Source: a virus (lineage: Duplodnaviria; Caudoviricetes). Taken from it: a DNA stretch of 61,834 nucleotides. The number at the start of each line of letters is the position of its first letter. Position 1 is the stretch's first letter. The translations under genes were made by a program, and so were the position numbers. Location: positions 1 through 61,834 of the IMG/VR virus record IMGVR_UViG_3300020061_000006. One strand, written 5' to 3'. Of this stretch, positions 1-7,803 are shown piece by piece. Below the pieces are notes generated by a model. That model worked only from the letters and a program-made list of their open reading frames with translations, did no database searches and had not been told where the DNA came from.

Positions 1-144
1 AGCCCAGGAACGAGAAGTACCCGGTACCGGTGCCGTACTGGCCCGTGTCGCTGTTGTACGCGAAGCCGCCCACCAGAACCTTGGTCGCCGTGGTCAGCGT
101 GAAGACTCCGACGCCGTTCGCCGGCTGCTCAATGCTGCCCGTCG
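1..144. repeat. Terminal direct repeat / circular-assembly overlap (copy 1)
   Basis: Identical to 61691-61834 except G127 vs C61817; an ORF reads through the junction. Confidence 0.97.
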
Positions 145-925
145 GATCCACCGGAACCGCGCCGGTCTGCACAGTGCCGCCCAGTGCCTCGTTCGTCTTC
201 CAGTCGTAGGCGTTGTCTCCGTTCACGTCCGCCCACAGAAACGCGGTGCCGTACGTGTTGTTGCCCGCCGGATTGTCCGCGCCCGTGCCGGCCCTACGCG
301 AGAAATCCGCGTACAGGGTGTACTGGTAGGTGCCCGGCTGAAGCGTCACGGCCGCCGTGAGAGGCGTCGCAAAGCCGGGGTCACCGACACGCCCACCGAC
401 GTGCGTGAGGACGGTACCGTCCGCACTGAGCGGCGCGGCGGTGGTCACCGAAACCGAAGGGGCCGGGGCGGTCGAGAAATACCCCTGCACGTCCACCACC
501 ACATCAACCTTGCCGGTCGAGCCGTTGTACACGTCCACGTAGCCATTCGTGGCCACGGTACCCGTGATGTCGTTCGCGGTGTTCAGCGGCGCCTTCTGGT
601 AATTCACTGAGGAAGCGTTCGGCCGCGCCACCCCATCGGGGAACACGGTCAGGTGCCCACCGAGCGTGCCGCCGGTCGCGGTGACGTTCATGTCAGCGGC
701 AGTGATTCCCGCCGGAATGCCGTTGGCACCCGACACCTTCAGCTTCAGCGTTGCGCCGGCCGCGAGGGTGGTGTGACTGACGCGGGTGTCCAGAATCCGC
801 GTGGGGGTCACTCCGTGATACTGGCCACCCTGGTCGGTGGCGGTGTCAGCGGAAGCCGCCGAAACACTGACGAGTGCGACCAGTGCCGCGCTTGCGGTTC
901 CGAATGCCATGAGCTTGCGATTCAT
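1..925 (-). CDS. Secreted protein with actinobacterial PTRILDTR beta-sandwich domain; spans the origin (925..1 joined to 61690..61662, 317 aa)
   Basis: Manual translation MNRKLMAFGTASAALVALVSVSAASA-DT (signal peptide), then GVTPTRILDTR...GIPAG...NVTAT...GHLTVFP...RPNASSVNY...VDVYN...VDVVVDVQGYF; missed by the ORF track. Confidence 0.85.
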   Translation of the reverse strand, partial: MNRKLMAFGTASAALVALVSVSAASADTATDQGGQYHGVTPTRILDTRVSHTTLAAGATLKLKVSGANGIPAGITAADMNVTATGGTLGGHLTVFPDGVARPNASSVNYQKAPLNTANDITGTVATNGYVDVYNGSTGKVDVVVDVQGYFSTAPAPSVSVTTAAPLSADGTVLTHVGGRVGDPGFATPLTAAVTLQPGTYQYTLYADFSRRAGTGADNPAGNNTYGTAFLWADVNGDNAYDWKTNEALGGTVQTGAVPVDPTGSIEQPANGVGVFTLTTATKVLVGGFAYNSDTGQYGTGTGYFSFLG

Positions 926-1027
926 TCTGTTTGCCTGCCTTTTCTCTCGTATTTGGACGGGTGCCGTGCACCTCTCCCGATAACACGGCACCCTAGAGGA
1001 AGAATCCCAAAGCGGGGCATCTTCCAG

Positions 1028-1100
1028 TGATCCGGATCGGACTTGAACCGACGACCGTGGGATTAAAAGTCCCCCGCTCTACCAACTGAGCTACCGGATC
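1028..1100 (-). tRNA. tRNA-Lys(UUU)
   Basis: GATCCGG acceptor, GCTC/GAGC D arm, loop CT-TTT-AA, T loop TTCAAGT. Confidence 0.93.
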
Positions 1101-1212
1101 GAAACGCTATTTCTTCGCCTTGCAGTTCGGGTAGTTGCTGGTGTGGCTGCACTTGCATGCGTCGCACCGGTAGAATTCCGGCTTCATTATCCCTCCCTCA
1201 CTATGTCTTGCG

Positions 1213-1285
1213 TGACTCCGATCGGACTCGAACCGATGACATCCCGATTAAGAATCGGGCGCTCTACCAACTGAGCTACGGAGTC
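1213..1285 (-). tRNA. tRNA-Lys(CUU)
   Basis: GACTCCG/CGGAGTC acceptor, CCCGA-TTCTTAA-TCGGG anticodon arm, TTCGAGT T loop. Confidence 0.93.
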
Positions 1286-1521
1286 AAAGCGATGCGCGCC
1301 CCTATCAGCCACGCGTCGCCCCGAGACGCACCGCATTGCACTGCGATTGATCGCGCCTCTATCCTTTTTGCCGGCATCCCTGGACTAGTGGGACTGGACT
1401 GCAATTCGAGCGAACGGAGGGGAAGGCTCGAATCGCATGCCGGCGGGACTGGGCTCGCATTGTGGGGAGTTACCCTAGCGACTTGCGCCGTCCGATTATT
1501 CTCGGACGGACCCATGGCCGA

Positions 1522-1701
1522 TCAGTAGGTCAGCGAGCCATCGCCGATACCGAACGCGATGTCGTCGTACGCCTGCCCGCCATCCGCCTTCAGCTCCTTC
1601 AGCTCGGTCAGCGAGACCTTTCGGCCGCCATCCGACTCGAAGAACGCCTTCAGCTCGGCCGGCTTCACCTTCGGACGCGCGGTGACAACAGTGTTCGCCA
1701 T
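1522..1701 (-). CDS. Hypothetical protein, 59 aa (MANTVVTARPKVKPAELK...)
   Basis: GAGGAG RBS, GC3-rich codons; below the ORF-track length cutoff. Confidence 0.75.
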   Translation of the reverse strand: MANTVVTARPKVKPAELKAFFESDGGRKVSLTELKELKADGGQAYDDIAFGIGDGSLTY

Positions 1702-1703
1702 GA

Positions 1704-1988
1704 TTATTCTCCTCGGGTACGTTTGAGATCTTCTTCTAGGTCACGGGTGAATCGTTCACCCATTTTGCCGTCCGCATCTCTGCGATTCCACAATGCGGTG
1801 ACTACGCGCTTCTCCGTGAAGCTCACCACTAGGACGGCTTTACCGCGAATGTAGTAAGTGCAGTCATCGTCATACAGACGACTTGGGGATGTGCGCTCCG
1901 GGTTGTTGAGTATGAGCTTCACGTCATCCGCCGTAAGCGCCATGTCGAGAATGCGCTCAAGTGCGTGATGAGAGAACGTGAATTCCAT
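1704..1988 (-). CDS. DUF4258-like (BrnT/RelE-fold) small protein
   Basis: MEFTFSHHALERILDMALTADDVKLILNNPE motif, ...VVTALW; start coupled (TAATG) to the upstream gene. Confidence 0.6.
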   Translation of the reverse strand: MEFTFSHHALERILDMALTADDVKLILNNPERTSPSRLYDDDCTYYIRGKAVLVVSFTEKRVVTALWNRRDADGKMGERFTRDLEEDLKRTRGE

Positions 1989-2287
1989 TACGCACCCATG
2001 TTGGCCATGAGGTGATCGTTGGTGTCCACCAGCTCCACAGGGCCGGCCGCTGCCGCGAGACGGACAAGCGTCTCCACGGGGATGCAACCGCACTCGCCGA
2101 CCGTGTGGCAGAAGCCGGGAACTCGACACTGCGGGTTGTTGGCCTGCCACGCGTCGCGGGCCTGCCGGTATGCGGCGGTGCGCTCGTACGGGGTACCCTG
2201 GCTCGCTCGCAGCCACGCATCCTCGCGCTTGATTTCCTTCAAGCTGCAAGCCGATCCCTTGCCGTACCTGCCGTGCCATGCACCCAT
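1988..2287 (-). CDS. Hypothetical protein
   Basis: 99-aa ORF with RBS, coupled to the next gene. Confidence 0.6.
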   Translation of the reverse strand: MGAWHGRYGKGSACSLKEIKREDAWLRASQGTPYERTAAYRQARDAWQANNPQCRVPGFCHTVGECGCIPVETLVRLAAAAGPVELVDTNDHLMANMGA

Positions 2288-2346
2288 AACGCTCCACCCC
2301 TTTGCTGAGATAAAAAAGAGCGCTCCGACGATGCGGAACGCCTGGG

Positions 2347-2419
2347 CTCCCCGGACGGGAATCGAACCTGTAACCTACGGATTAACAATCCGCCGCTCTG
2401 CCTATTGAGCTACCGGGGA
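2347..2419 (-). tRNA. tRNA-Asn(GUU)
   Basis: TCCCCGG/CCGGGGA acceptor, G discriminator, GCGGA-TTGTTAA-TCCGT anticodon arm. Confidence 0.92.
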
Positions 2420-2490
2420 TTAAGGACCCCGAAGTCTAGGGGGTCCCCATCGATTAGCAGATGGACCGTGGGGGGTGACGGTTCACTCTG

Positions 2491-2649
2491 TTAGTCAAGA
2501 TTGAGCAGGCTGCGCAACTTCTCTAGATCTTCGCCTTTTGGTGCCGGCCGAGACTCTATGTACTTCTCCCATTCTTCTTCAGTTTTTATGGACCGAACAA
2601 CTGTTCCCTCTATGAAGAACGGTTCCGAGACGTGTCTCCGATAAGGCAT
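2491..2649 (-). CDS. Small protein (52 aa) downstream of integrase; possible recombination directionality factor
   Basis: MPYRRHVSEPFF...RPAPKGEDLEKLRSLLNLD, AGGGGG RBS; role inferred from position. Confidence 0.5.
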   Translation of the reverse strand: MPYRRHVSEPFFIEGTVVRSIKTEEEWEKYIESRPAPKGEDLEKLRSLLNLD

Positions 2650-2672
2650 GCATCATACCCCCTGGACGCCAA

Positions 2673-2720
2673 ACGGGTCGGCATCTCAAGAGCAACGTTG
2701 CTCTAAAAATGCCGACCCGT
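2673..2720. other. Putative attP (48-bp inverted repeat)
   Basis: ACGGGTCGGCAT-N4-AGAGCAA-CG-TTGCTCT-N4-ATGCCGACCCGT, 9 bp from the integrase stop. Confidence 0.65.
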
Positions 2721-2729
2721 CAATACTAT

Positions 2730-4196
2730 TTACTTGTTGACTTCTGCGTCATCCAGGGTTTCACGCCACACGAGTCGATCTTCGATCGGCGCCCCGACGC
2801 CAGGCGTCGGATTTGGCATGATCGTTGGCTGACCCATATATGCCGGAGTCAAGACGATGTTGCAAATTTCGCGGCGCACGCTGACCTCGGACTCTGCCCA
2901 ACGCTCCGCCACCGAACCCTCACCATCCAGTAGGCCGACTAGCTGAGGGGGCAGCGTTAGCTTTCGTTCAACAGACTCAAGCTCAATGATCTGCTTTTCG
3001 AGTCTTTCTACGGCTTCGGCCAGCATTACGATTGCCGTAGTGCTGGTCGTCTTCTTCGAAGCCGTTTGGTTCTCTTCACGTTCCGTGCGCGCCTGTGCGA
3101 TCTTCGCACGAATCTTGGCCACCTCGGGATCATTTCCCGACTTAGCGCGCAGTTGCTCTATGATGTCCGGCCGACTTAGCCACCGCAACATTCTTGGAAT
3201 CACGAGCGCATCAACGAGTTTCTTAGGAATCGATGCATGCCCGAAGTCTTTGCACTTATAGAGATCTGCACTGACATTTGTTTTGCCGTTGCATATCCCA
3301 CACTTAAGCGCGGCGGTAAGCGGATGGACAGCCCTGCCGGTCCGATTGTTCCAACGGGTCGGGTCACGCAGAATTCTTTGAACAGCCCAGAAGTCTTCCT
3401 CTTCTACGATGCCGTCCCATGTCCCATTGCGCATTACTCCGTCATGAAGCCGCTTGCCGATGTATACGACCTTCAGCGCCATATCGCGGAGCTGCATACG
3501 CGAGAGCTTTCCACCACTCTTGTTCAGGTAGCCCTTGTTCCAAAACTCCCTTTCGACTGACTTGAGGGACCTACCTGACTTGAGGAGACGAAACAGCTCT
3601 CGAATCACCTTTGCCCTTGAGGTGCTGCCGTAGCGTGGCTCTTCGTCTGCAAGCCACGTGTCCAGGCGGCCCGTGTCCGAATCGTAGATCGGTCGCATGC
3701 CATACGGGGCACGTCCGTGCGGCCGGCCTTTCAACGCCTCTTCGGCTGCCGTCTCCTTCGTGCGAAGGTGAATCATCCACGATTCATAAGCGCTTTTGTT
3801 TGCCTGGTCGATGAGCGCGCTTCGATCCGATCCGTCCGCCGGGTCGTAAAGCCGATGCTGCGTCGTCACGTAGAGCTTGAGCCCCTTAGCCGCCATGGTG
3901 TTAATCATGGTCAGCCACTCTTCCTCTTGACGAGAAAAGCGCGAAGACTCCCAGATCTGCAATCCGTCAGCATCAAAGGTGTCGGATCTCATGTCTAACA
4001 TCATCGACTCGAAATCTTCGCGCCGGCGCTTCTCCGTTCCGTCATAGGACCGCGAAGCCGATCTACTGGCGTCCGTGTAGATCTTCCCTAGATCGAACTC
4101 CAACTTCTCGCGTTCGCGGCGGTTCTGGTCGCCCTGTCGCTGGATCGATGTACCGCCGGTTTTCTTACTCAACCGCCTGTACTCGTTCAACCTCAT
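2730..4196 (-). CDS. int: Large serine recombinase (integrase)
   Basis: N-terminal Y-R-x-S (EYRRLS), ASRS, SRFSR, G-x-PYG recombinase domain, CGIC...YKC zinc ribbon, coiled coil; alternative start 4217. Confidence 0.95.
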   Translation of the reverse strand: MRLNEYRRLSKKTGGTSIQRQGDQNRREREKLEFDLGKIYTDASRSASRSYDGTEKRRREDFESMMLDMRSDTFDADGLQIWESSRFSRQEEEWLTMINTMAAKGLKLYVTTQHRLYDPADGSDRSALIDQANKSAYESWMIHLRTKETAAEEALKGRPHGRAPYGMRPIYDSDTGRLDTWLADEEPRYGSTSRAKVIRELFRLLKSGRSLKSVEREFWNKGYLNKSGGKLSRMQLRDMALKVVYIGKRLHDGVMRNGTWDGIVEEEDFWAVQRILRDPTRWNNRTGRAVHPLTAALKCGICNGKTNVSADLYKCKDFGHASIPKKLVDALVIPRMLRWLSRPDIIEQLRAKSGNDPEVAKIRAKIAQARTEREENQTASKKTTSTTAIVMLAEAVERLEKQIIELESVERKLTLPPQLVGLLDGEGSVAERWAESEVSVRREICNIVLTPAYMGQPTIMPNPTPGVGAPIEDRLVWRETLDDAEVNK

Positions 4197-4444
4197 GCGT
4201 CCAGTGTGGCAGACCATCCACTTCTAGGAACAGCACTCCACTGACAGGCTTTCCAAATCTACACAGTGTGTTAGGAAGGTGTGTCCAAGGACTGACTTTC
4301 CTAGTAGGCGAAGAAAAAAGCCGAACATGCCGGTTGTCATTTCGAGACGGAACAGGGCAAGACCGGCATGCACTCCAAGGGCGGTAGGAGTACATGCCGG
4401 CCTACGGGCGACGCGTGAAGGGGGTACGACACACGGCGCCCGGC

Positions 4445-4639
4445 TTAGGGGTCGTGGCGTCGCTCCACGGCAAGCCACTCGCGGGCTAGCTCTACACCGC
4501 GTCCACACGGCGCGTCGCTCGCACAGTCCCTACACCGCGCCGTGTGGCGCATCAGCCGCGCAAGCTCCGGCGAGCGGTCCCACGGGCGAACCTCGCGGAT
4601 CGACGGCCGGCCATGAGGAAGCACCTCGGGCAGGTTCAC
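4445..4639 (-). CDS. Hypothetical protein (H-x3-CxxC...C zinc-binding)
   Basis: 64-aa ORF overlapping the upstream stop. Confidence 0.5.
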   Translation of the reverse strand: MNLPEVLPHGRPSIREVRPWDRSPELARLMRHTARCRDCASDAPCGRGVELAREWLAVERRHDP

Positions 4640-4848
4640 AGGTGCTCACCACTTACGGAGCGAACGAACGCGCGTTCCTGCTCTTCGCGCCGCAAATCGT
4701 TCCTTGCCAACACGACACGCACATCATTCGCGACGCGTCGCAGGGCATCGCCGATATCACAAATGCCATTGCCCTGGCACGCCACACATTTGGTTTCGTG
4801 GTTTTCGAGCAACAGGAACGACCAGTGTTGTGTTGTCTGGTCGCTCAT
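4636..4848 (-). CDS. Hypothetical protein (HxxxCxxC...C)
   Basis: ATGA coupling. Confidence 0.6.
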   Translation of the reverse strand: MSDQTTQHWSFLLLENHETKCVACQGNGICDIGDALRRVANDVRVVLARNDLRREEQERAFVRSVSGEHL

Positions 4849-4988
4849 CGACTTGCCTTCATGGCTGAGCGGTAGCCGTCGCGGATGCTTGTAATCAGCG
4901 TGCTGATTCCGGCCAGTAGCACCATGCCGATGCCGACGGCAAGTGCCAGCGCGACAGCGCCCAAAATGATGAACAATAGTAGAAACAT
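4845..4988 (-). CDS. Small membrane protein
   Basis: MFLLLFIILGAVALALAVGIG...; AAGGGGGTAC RBS. Confidence 0.65.
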   Translation of the reverse strand: MFLLLFIILGAVALALAVGIGMVLLAGISTLITSIRDGYRSAMKASR

Positions 4989-5201
4989 GATGTACCCCCT
5001 TTCCAATGATCTAATTGTCCATGTGTAGGCACGGAGCCTTCTCGGGATCACCGTGCCTACACAAAGCCAATCAATCGGTTAAAGCCGAACGGCGCAGGGA
5101 CCCTTAACGCTGAACACTATCGCGAAGCGAAACGAGATAGAGACGCGCTCGAAGGGGTTTGTCTCGCATGCCATCCTCTGCGCCGTTCGACATCCAAGGG
5201 G

Positions 5202-5516
5202 TCACGACTCTTCGGGAGCCTTGACCGTCATTTCACCATCCGCCAACCACTTAAGCATTTCCGGGATAGCGGTCAGTTTCGTCTTTTCCCGTACCGCAGG
5301 GTCCGGGATGAACGCCTGTGCTGCGCGCTCAAGTATGACCGTCCAACGGGCCTCTTGCTCGGCTGCCCGTAGCTGGAAATCGATCATCTTCTCTGCGTTG
5401 CCGAAAACCGTGAGCGGAATACCGCAGCACATGTACTTGCGGTTTCCGTTGTCATCCAACCCTAGCGTTGCCGCTTCCGAGATTAAGTGACCGCACGGCA
5501 TCGCCGGTTTGGTCAT
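5202..5516 (-). CDS. Hypothetical protein
   Basis: AAGGGGGTAC RBS, 104 aa. Confidence 0.7.
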   Translation of the reverse strand: MTKPAMPCGHLISEAATLGLDDNGNRKYMCCGIPLTVFGNAEKMIDFQLRAAEQEARWTVILERAAQAFIPDPAVREKTKLTAIPEMLKWLADGEMTVKAPEES

Positions 5517-5569
5517 TTCGTACCCCCTTCAGCTAGGGCCGGCGGACTGCGTGTCCGTAAGCCCTAGCC

Positions 5570-6087
5570 AAAATACAAGCGGATGCTAATCCGCTTGCTT
5601 GGCCGCATCTTCCTCCGGACTGATTCCGGCATCCAATGCTCTTTGGCATATACGATCGGGGCCTGTATGTCATATTTGCGCTAGCGGCGCGGGGAGTGAA
5701 TGGTTCGCTCAACCCTGAATCGCTGACTAGTCAGTCGCTAGACTGTCTGCTCTCCGCAATCGTATCCAGAGTATTTCCGGTTACTCCGGTCACCTTATCT
5801 TTTGCCTTACACAGTCACCCGCGTCTCGATCCACATCATCTGCCTCCCGGCGATGACCGATCCCCAACTCGAAGGTTTGCGACTGCCCAGACGCTTCCCA
5901 GCGTTGGTGTGGCAATCTAACTCAGCTCACGTCTCCCGACGAATCCTGTTAGCTATTGTCTGAAGTGAGACTCTAACTTCGAATCTCTCAAACGGTCCAA
6001 GCTGGATTCCTTACGGTTTCCCTCTTGCCCTAGCTTGCCATTCTGAGTTTCAGGACCGAAGTCCCTTTGCCCTGATCGGCTTGCTTG
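5570..6087 (-). ncRNA. Candidate large structured ncRNA (~510 nt)
   Basis: No credible ORF; nested long-range helices and UUCG/GNRA loops; flanked by a promoter and a terminator-like hairpin. Confidence 0.65.
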
Positions 6088-6092
6088 ATACG

Positions 6093-6121
6093 AATGTCCA
6101 CCCTGCGGTCCCGGTTGTCAA
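6093..6121 (-). promoter_or_regulatory. Sigma70/HrdB-type promoter
   Basis: TTGACA-N17-GACATT. Confidence 0.6.
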
Positions 6122-6349
6122 GTCACGGGGAGATCACGGTACTTGTGTGATCATTTGGGACGCCTGAGGACCTGAACCTACATGCACGTGCATGGGAATC
6201 GACGCTGTCGGCGCCGGCGGATGCGTGGCCACTACGTCAGCGCGCGCACCCGCCTGCGCCCACGTGCGCGATGGCACACCTCCGGGCTGCCGTGCAACCC
6301 GTGGCCTGAGCTGCCCGGACACGGCCGCTCAGGCCCTTGGATCATGGAA

Positions 6350-6385
6350 GCGGCCCGACCCTTCGCGTGAGGGGTCGGGCCGGCT
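6350..6385 (-). terminator. Intrinsic terminator after lsr2
   Basis: CGGCCCGACCCT...GGGGTCGGGCCG hairpin. Confidence 0.6.
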
Positions 6386-6399
6386 GTCCGTCAGCATTG

Positions 6400-6906
6400 C
6401 TACTCGGAACGCCAGTTGGGATTGGCCTTGACGTACGCTTCCGTAATCTTCTCCGGAATGCGGCCCCGGTCCTTCACGTCGTGACCCATGCTCCGCGCCC
6501 ACGGACGCACCTTCTCCGGATCCGGACCATCGGACGTGGAAGTGGAACGCCTCTTGACCGCAGCAGCCGACCGCACGGTCATCTCGCGCGACGAATCGAT
6601 GAAGGGCTTGAGGCTCTTCAGAAGCTTGTCGCGGTTCGCCTTGCCGAGGTCGATCTCGCGGTGATTGACCACCCACGTGGTGCCGGTGACCTTTTCTTCG
6701 TCGTCGGCATCCTCATGCAAGGGCACCTCCTCCGGGTAGGAAAAGCGGATGGTCTCCACACCCTCACCGACGCGCACGTCCACGTCATCCACGCACTCCA
6801 CCTTCCAATAGGTGGAGTGCGACGTACCCATGATTACCGTCGGTGCTTCGATCACGCCATCTTCGTCTTTCCGGCTCTCGTCCACCGGAGTCACGCGCTG
6901 TGCCAT
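6400..6906 (-). CDS. lsr2: Lsr2-family nucleoid-associated protein with acidic insertions
   Basis: MAQRV...VDDVD...ETIRF...EIDL...N.DKL...L.PFI and C-terminal VRPWARSMGHDVKDRGRIP...EAY. Confidence 0.9.
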   Translation of the reverse strand: MAQRVTPVDESRKDEDGVIEAPTVIMGTSHSTYWKVECVDDVDVRVGEGVETIRFSYPEEVPLHEDADDEEKVTGTTWVVNHREIDLGKANRDKLLKSLKPFIDSSREMTVRSAAAVKRRSTSTSDGPDPEKVRPWARSMGHDVKDRGRIPEKITEAYVKANPNWRSE

Positions 6907-7324
6907 TACTGCTCCCCTTCATCGATTCCGTGTCGCGATGCTAGCACACGAAATGCCGAGGTGCGTCAAGGGGGTTCCGTGGTCCAAAACTGCATTGCAT
7001 GAGTATGCGTTGGGCATTATGAGTATTAACTACACAGAGTCTAAATTACTTAACAGTACGTATGCGATCTTGTTTAAATGGCGCCTACCGGCCTATCGGC
7101 ATTGGGTAGGTCCAGCCACCCCACCCCATTGCTCAAAGTCGCTTAGGCGCCGTTAATGCTGGTCAAAGGCTATGGCCTGAGGAGCGTTTCGACCGCCAAT
7201 GACATTGGATAGGATTAGATGTTGACGCATAGGGCTATGCAATGCTACGTCGTTGATCGTTCAATGGCATTGGTTGGCAAGCTCAACCGTTACAAAGAAA
7301 TCCCTCGCGTGCGCGTGATGCCAC

Positions 7325-7353
7325 TTGACTTCAATGCGCGCAATGGCTATCTT
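7325..7353 (+). promoter_or_regulatory. Promoter of the divergent two-gene operon
   Basis: TTGACT-N17-TATCTT. Confidence 0.6.
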
Positions 7354-7386
7354 TGAAACGGAAGAGAAACGCGAAGGGGGTACGAG

Positions 7387-7575
7387 ATGCGCGTGCGGGT
7401 GGTCATCACGGTAGACATGGACGATGAAGCGGTTTCAGACTGGTACGAGACGTTCGGCGTCGCACAGGGGAAGCGCGAAGTTTCGCGCGACGTGAAGCAG
7501 TACCTCGGCAACGCGGCGCAGCAGGTCGGAGTATTCGGCAACGGCGAGGTAACCGCAAACATCACGTGGGAGTGA
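7387..7575 (+). CDS. Hypothetical protein
   Basis: AAGGGGGTAC RBS, 62 aa. Confidence 0.75.
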   Translation: MRVRVVITVDMDDEAVSDWYETFGVAQGKREVSRDVKQYLGNAAQQVGVFGNGEVTANITWE

Positions 7576-7739
7576 ACGTGAACGAATCTATGATCGAGCG
7601 GCTGTCGCTAGCGCTAAAAGATCTCAACGAAGCAATCGAACGGCTCGACCCGAAGACGACGGATCGCGGAGCGCTTGCGCGGCTCACTAGCGCGTATGCG
7701 CGAATTGAGTTCATCAAAGAACAGCTTGAGGCGTACTGA
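7572..7739 (+). CDS. Hypothetical helical protein (55 aa)
   Basis: GTGA overlap, ends just before the terminator. Confidence 0.6.
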   Translation: MNVNESMIERLSLALKDLNEAIERLDPKTTDRGALARLTSAYARIEFIKEQLEAY

Positions 7740-7748
7740 CCTGACAAC

Positions 7749-7799
7749 GCAAAAAGAGCGGCACCCAACCCGAGAAGGGAAGGGTGCCGCTCTTTTTGC
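7749..7799. terminator. Bidirectional terminator
   Basis: GCAAAAAGAGCGGCACCC...GGGTGCCGCTCTTTTTGC between convergent genes. Confidence 0.85.
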
Positions 7800-7803
7800 T
7801 GTG

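Noticed and set aside
1-144. Physical terminal repeats
   Set aside because: The repeat falls inside a gene and far from the terminase/cos region, so an assembly overlap is more likely
5086-5189. Hammerhead ribozyme (CTGA...CGAAAC on the + strand)
   Set aside because: Core reads CTGAACA rather than CTGANGA and the stems do not fit
6030-6075. c-di-GMP-I riboswitch (AGGGCAAA)
   Set aside because: The downstream GACGCAAA and P3 elements were not found
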